This document shows, in pieces, positions 53,581-57,826 of a stretch of 57,826 nt of DNA. The position numbers were made by a program, and so were the translations under genes. Position 1 is the stretch's first letter, and every line of letters starts with the position of its first letter. The stretch lies in the IMG/VR virus record IMGVR_UViG_3300006104_000001, positions 1 through 57,826 of that record. The stretch is one strand, 5' to 3'. Under the pieces are notes generated by a model that made no database searches, was not told the DNA's origin, and saw only the letters and a list, made by a program, of their open reading frames with translations. Source of the DNA: a virus. Its lineage: Duplodnaviria > Caudoviricetes.

Positions 53581-55561
53581 ACCATAGCCCCTTATCCTCA
53601 TCCAAGATGACGAAGCCCTCTTCACGGAGGGCTTTTTTATGGTTTTCGTGAGTTCTCTTGGGAATATCGGCTTTTTCACACTTCTCCATCCACTCTTTTG
53701 GAGACATTGGGTGGGTCAATGCCTCTAAAGTCACCCTGCAAGTCTTTAGGAGCTTTGCAATCCGCTTTTCTTCCTTATCCTCACTAGATTCCCCCCTGCG
53801 TCTTGGGCCTTTGTCCTTCTGCATCCGCTCCGGCTGCTTGAGATCGTTAGGATCAAGATCAGGGCACCTGATCATGAGGGGATGTTCACGCATCAGGACG
53901 AAGGGATCCACACGCGGAAAGTTGCGTAGCGTGAAGTCTGCGGTGAAGTAGGCATCTCCGGCGCTATGTCGTGTAAGTGTCAGGATCGAGTCAGGATCGC
54001 GGGCAGTTACTCCTGACCCGCTAATTCGGTCGATGGCCTCCTTTCCGGAGGCATTTCCTTTGGCAAAGTGAGATCCAAAAGCAACTGAAACACCTGTAGA
54101 GTGGCAAAGTTGCTCGAACGTATTCATCAAATTATTCATGTCTGAAGCAGAGTTTTCGTCACGATCACCCATCACCTTGTAGGTCGGATCAATGATAGAC
54201 AGCACATATTCTGCCTCTTTAAGCTGATCCACAATATCGGTAGATAGTTTTTCAAAAGAGCCGGCATATCCTCGCAAGTTCCATATTTCTAGTTGCCCTG
54301 GTTCTAGCTTGACGCCCTTGGCTTCGAGGACGGCCTCAAGACGCTTACGCATGAACGGACGAGGGATTTCAAAGTTCAGGTAAATAACCTTACCTTTGAC
54401 GCAAGGAAACCCCCACCAATCGCTACCAGTAGCCACGCTAACGGCCAGATCGAGTAGCGCCCATGTCTTGTATGCCTTGGATGGTCCTCCGAGAACCATC
54501 TTGGTTCCCTTGTGAAGGACGCCAGCAACCAACTCCGGAGGGATAGCTATATCATCTTTTACAAAACTCATTCCATCATCAGGAGATGGAAGTTCTCCAC
54601 GCATCAGACGTTTTGGCGTCTCTACAGCACGGCAGATTGCTAGGCTATTATTGCCTGCCTTTGCCCAATCATTGAGATCCTTGTATTCGTTTGGAAAGCT
54701 GACCAGATAAGGGCTTCGTTCGTATTTTTTTCTGACGATCTCGATCACCGCATCAGACCACTCCTTACCTATATCATCATGCTGGGGAACAATGATTAAC
54801 CTTGCCTTCGGTGACATTGGCACGTTTTCCAGAACCTTTGTGTTTTTAGCACCCCTCGAACTGACAAAGGCAATCGAGGCGAAGGCATCAGCATCATCAG
54901 CTAACCATTCCAGGGAATCGGCGGCTGTCATGGCATCCCATTGGCTTTCAAAAAAGTAAATCTGCTCTGCGGTGCGAGTGTTACCCATGACATAGGGATA
55001 CCATCCGGCCTTGGCACCATCCGTATAGATCCATTTTCCGTTTGCCGTTTTACGATGAGCGCCGACGATTGTATTTCCATGCTGATCCATTGCTGGGAAG
55101 GCAACAAACCCATCATTTGTGATACCTATAAGGTTTTTAGAGACAAGGCCTGTGCAGAAAGCAGGTGATAAAGCCCTTTGCTCTGCGAGTTTATTCACTC
55201 GATCTTGTGTAAATGCTTCACGAAATGGTTGCCAATCTACTGACTTTATTGCTGAAACCGGAGTGGCCGGCGTTTCGATAATCCCTGCCAGGTCTTTGTA
55301 AAACCTCATGGCCTGTCCCTTGTCGTATCCCTCGTGCTTCATCAGGAAATCCAACTCATCTCCCCCCTCACCTGTTGCATGATCCTTCCATTTCCACCTT
55401 CCATCCTTTTGATAGATCCCAAAGGATGGATTGTTATCCTCACGGAATGGTGAGCGTGCGCTTGATTTTGCCGCCGCACCCTTGCCCAGTTTCTCCATGA
55501 GATCGGGAAGTGGCATGATGTCGCGGCAACGTGAAAAGATTTCTTCAAAATCTGTGTCCAT
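53570..55561 (-). CDS. DNA primase-helicase (DnaG-like N-terminus, TOPRIM, AAA_25/RepA-like helicase)
   Basis: SPFREDNNPSF...WKDHATGEGGD; FESQWDAM and KDLNDW; GGPSKAYKT Walker A, IIDP Walker B and SGSG. Confidence 0.85.
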   Translation of the reverse strand: MDTDFEEIFSRCRDIMPLPDLMEKLGKGAAAKSSARSPFREDNNPSFGIYQKDGRWKWKDHATGEGGDELDFLMKHEGYDKGQAMRFYKDLAGIIETPATPVSAIKSVDWQPFREAFTQDRVNKLAEQRALSPAFCTGLVSKNLIGITNDGFVAFPAMDQHGNTIVGAHRKTANGKWIYTDGAKAGWYPYVMGNTRTAEQIYFFESQWDAMTAADSLEWLADDADAFASIAFVSSRGAKNTKVLENVPMSPKARLIIVPQHDDIGKEWSDAVIEIVRKKYERSPYLVSFPNEYKDLNDWAKAGNNSLAICRAVETPKRLMRGELPSPDDGMSFVKDDIAIPPELVAGVLHKGTKMVLGGPSKAYKTWALLDLAVSVATGSDWWGFPCVKGKVIYLNFEIPRPFMRKRLEAVLEAKGVKLEPGQLEIWNLRGYAGSFEKLSTDIVDQLKEAEYVLSIIDPTYKVMGDRDENSASDMNNLMNTFEQLCHSTGVSVAFGSHFAKGNASGKEAIDRISGSGVTARDPDSILTLTRHSAGDAYFTADFTLRNFPRVDPFVLMREHPLMIRCPDLDPNDLKQPERMQKDKGPRRRGESSEDKEEKRIAKLLKTCRVTLEALTHPMSPKEWMEKCEKADIPKRTHENHKKALREEGFVILDEDKGLWSRC
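53613..53638 (+). terminator. Rho-independent terminator of the plus-strand operon, inside the primase 3' end
   Basis: AAGCCCTC-TTCACG-GAGGGCTT-TTTT about 30 nt after the last plus-strand stop. Confidence 0.7.
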
Positions 55562-55587
55562 AAGTCTTAATGTGTAAAGATTTAGGG

Positions 55588-57198
55588 TTATTTTTTACCC
55601 CACTTGGTTTCTAAAAATACCGAGGCCTTCTCCATGCTCCACTGCTCCCCATTGGGAATACCGAAGCGCCGGAGCCATTTTATTTGATTTGGTGTTGCCA
55701 ACTTGAAGCGTGATCGACGGATCAACTTGTCCAGAAGGTTGCTTGCTTGTCCGCGAGTCTTGATTTGCGTGGCGTCTATTTTCCATCTTTGTAGTTGTTC
55801 TGTCTGTTTTTCTGTTGGGGGAAGTTCATGCCATTGCATCGTAGGTTCCCAGTCCGCGAGATCGGAATCATGTAACATGACTGCCAATTCCTCAATCGAG
55901 ATTGTTTTAGCTTTTTTCCTCTCCTGTTTAGCCAACTCGCGTTTGAGCGCGGCCTCCCTGTCATGTTCGGCCTGACCCTGTGCTTCGAGGAGATCCATCG
56001 AACCAGACCAACTTTTCTTTATGGCCTCGGTGATGTATGCCGCCTCCTCTGCACTTTTGGCTATGAGATGGGCAGGTCTGATAAGGGAATGCTTTTCGTG
56101 TAGCCATAGGAAATCCAAGAGAACGCACTCTGTTTTACCTGGGTGAAGTCTTGTCCCCCTACCCACCATTTGAGCGTATAGGGGCTGGCTTTTTGTGGGA
56201 CGGAGAATACAGACGCAATCGACGGAAGGCTCATCGTATCCTTCAGTAAGGAGCATCGCGTTACAAAGAACCTGAAACTCCCCTCTTCCAAAGGATTCAA
56301 GGATCTCCCTCCTGTCATCACTTGCCCCATCGACATGGCGTGCCCGGATCCCGATCCCATTGAGAATATCGGCAAACTTTTGGGAAGTCTTTCGCAGGGG
56401 CAAGAATACAAGCACCTTTCGCCCTGCCGCCTGCTCTAGGATAGCCGCCGCCGCCTTGGTAAGGATTGGATCGAGGGCTTGGTCAACCTGATCCAAGTCA
56501 TAGTCTCCGGAGACAGTCCTAACACCATTGAGATCAATCTGAAGCGGAACACTCTTGATCCTGATAGGAGAAAGATACCCCTGTTTGATCAGGTCAATAA
56601 GCCCGATCTCAAAAGCCACATTTTCAAAAAGGCTACCGAGATTCTTTTTGTCTCCCCTGAATGGAGTTGCAGTAACCCCCAGTACCCTTGCCGTGCAGAA
56701 ATGTTCCAAGATTCTCCTGTAAGTGTCGGAAAGGGCATGGTGGGCTTCATCAACAACGATCCTTGAGAAATGATCTTGCGGCCATCCCTCAAGACGATCC
56801 CCCTGCAATGTCTGAACGCTTGCAACAACGACATCCGCGTTGCGTCCTGCCTTGCGTTCAGCTTTCTCAACTTGGGCAATGATTCCGGTTGTCGCCTCGA
56901 TCTTGGACACGGCCTGTTCGATCAACTCCTCGCGATGTGCAAGGATAAGAGTACGTCCAGGCAATGATCTCTCCGTTACCTTGGAAAAGATAACTGTCTT
57001 TCCGGCTCCTGTTGGCAAGACCGCCAATACTTTTTGATATTCCTTCCAGTTATCCAGCACGGAATCTACGCACTCCACCTGATAAGGCCGGAGGGTCATT
57101 TCTCGTTTTGGTGCTTCGGGAATCAGGTTTATTTCTTCCTTAAATGCGGATAGCGCCGACTCGATGGCCGGATCGTCAAAGAATGTCGCCTGTGTCAT
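55588..57198 (-). CDS. SF2 DEAH helicase
   Basis: LRPYQ, PTGAGKT, DEAHH, TAT, TEGYD and QMVGRGTR; likely start 57198. Confidence 0.92.
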   Translation of the reverse strand: MTQATFFDDPAIESALSAFKEEINLIPEAPKREMTLRPYQVECVDSVLDNWKEYQKVLAVLPTGAGKTVIFSKVTERSLPGRTLILAHREELIEQAVSKIEATTGIIAQVEKAERKAGRNADVVVASVQTLQGDRLEGWPQDHFSRIVVDEAHHALSDTYRRILEHFCTARVLGVTATPFRGDKKNLGSLFENVAFEIGLIDLIKQGYLSPIRIKSVPLQIDLNGVRTVSGDYDLDQVDQALDPILTKAAAAILEQAAGRKVLVFLPLRKTSQKFADILNGIGIRARHVDGASDDRREILESFGRGEFQVLCNAMLLTEGYDEPSVDCVCILRPTKSQPLYAQMVGRGTRLHPGKTECVLLDFLWLHEKHSLIRPAHLIAKSAEEAAYITEAIKKSWSGSMDLLEAQGQAEHDREAALKRELAKQERKKAKTISIEELAVMLHDSDLADWEPTMQWHELPPTEKQTEQLQRWKIDATQIKTRGQASNLLDKLIRRSRFKLATPNQIKWLRRFGIPNGEQWSMEKASVFLETKWGKK

Positions 57199-57617
57199 AG
57201 GTCGATCTCCTCTACAAAAACACGGATGCCTGGGGATTCTGCCCAACGCTTGATCAGTCTCAAATCGGCTATCTGTCCGTCGTCTTTCCAGAAGTTCAGA
57301 GTCGTCATTGTGTCCAATACTCCCTTTCCAAGGTTATCCACATCAGGCCGGCTAGGGATATGAATAGGCCCCAATTTCATACGGCTCTTGGATTCACTTT
57401 TTCTAAAGGGGAAATGCCAAGTTAAAGCGACTCGAAGAGGACCCTCGTAGGGCACTTCCGGTGCGAAAGGTTGCAGGAGCGCGATGTATGTTCCCTGTGC
57501 TTGAGCAACCTTCTTTTTGGTAAAGAATTTTACCTTACCACCCAGCACGAAAGCCCCCTTTTGCTGGGAAGTGGTCGTCGGCGGCACACAAGGGATCCAG
57601 ATGTCGATGGAGTTCAT
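57195..57617 (-). CDS. rusA: RusA-family Holliday junction resolvase
   Basis: RPDVDNLGKGVLD...WKDDGQIADL. Confidence 0.85.
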   Translation of the reverse strand: MNSIDIWIPCVPPTTTSQQKGAFVLGGKVKFFTKKKVAQAQGTYIALLQPFAPEVPYEGPLRVALTWHFPFRKSESKSRMKLGPIHIPSRPDVDNLGKGVLDTMTTLNFWKDDGQIADLRLIKRWAESPGIRVFVEEIDL

Positions 57618-57689
57618 TCTGAATCCTCCATGCTTTCGGCGGGCACACTTAAAGGCACACTAGCCGCTAGACCCTTATAAAAAGAGGCA

Positions 57690-57716
57690 CTGCCCCGCAT
57701 GGATTTGAACCATGAA
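57690..57716 (-). mobile_element. attP core: copy of a tRNA 3' end (probably tRNA-Gln)
   Basis: Minus strand CATGG-TTCAAAT-CCATG (T arm) then CGGGGCA-G (acceptor 3' strand, A72/G73); about 100 nt upstream of int across the circular junction. Confidence 0.78.
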
Positions 57717-57826
57717 TTTAGGTTTCTCTGTAGATTTGTCATGTTTTCTGTAATGTCTTCACTGAAACTATTGGATTTTTTAGGACTCTGGGGCACACTA
57801 GGCACACTATGGCATCCCTGTTTAAG
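57707..57826. repeat. Terminal direct repeat, right copy
   Basis: Identical to 1-120. Confidence 0.95.

Noticed and set aside
57690-57760. Intact phage tRNA gene
   Set aside because: Only the T arm and 3' acceptor strand are present; no matching 5' acceptor, D arm or anticodon arm
57614-57805. 63-aa minus-strand ORF
   Set aside because: Runs across the attP core and arm repeats; no motifs; probably non-coding

Overview
The window is an apparently complete, circular temperate phage genome of about 57.7 kb; the first 120 nt recur exactly at 57707-57826, an assembly overlap. It carries a tyrosine integrase beside an attP-like copy of a tRNA 3' end (probably tRNA-Gln) flanked by GGCACACT repeats. 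It also has RecE/RecT recombination genes, a candidate switch built from divergent ribbon-helix-helix genes plus an XRE gene, and a lysis cassette whose only hydrolase is GH75 chitosanase-like. The podovirus-like virion module has TerS/TerL, portal, scaffold, an N4-gp56-type capsid and two adaptors, with three interleaved glycosyltransferase-like genes and a 4981-aa DarB-like polyvalent protein. A block of small accessory genes and a replication trio (primase-helicase, SF2 helicase, RusA) complete it. The most striking feature is two adjacent low-complexity genes in the tail region (11744-13296): a Glu/Thr (TETG)n protein and an Arg/Ser (SSSR)n protein. Their charges match one-for-one in a single antiparallel register (residue indices sum to 282) over about 190 residues, suggesting a two-gene charge-zipper giant beta-hairpin or tube. 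All family calls are from motif recognition by eye, not database searches.
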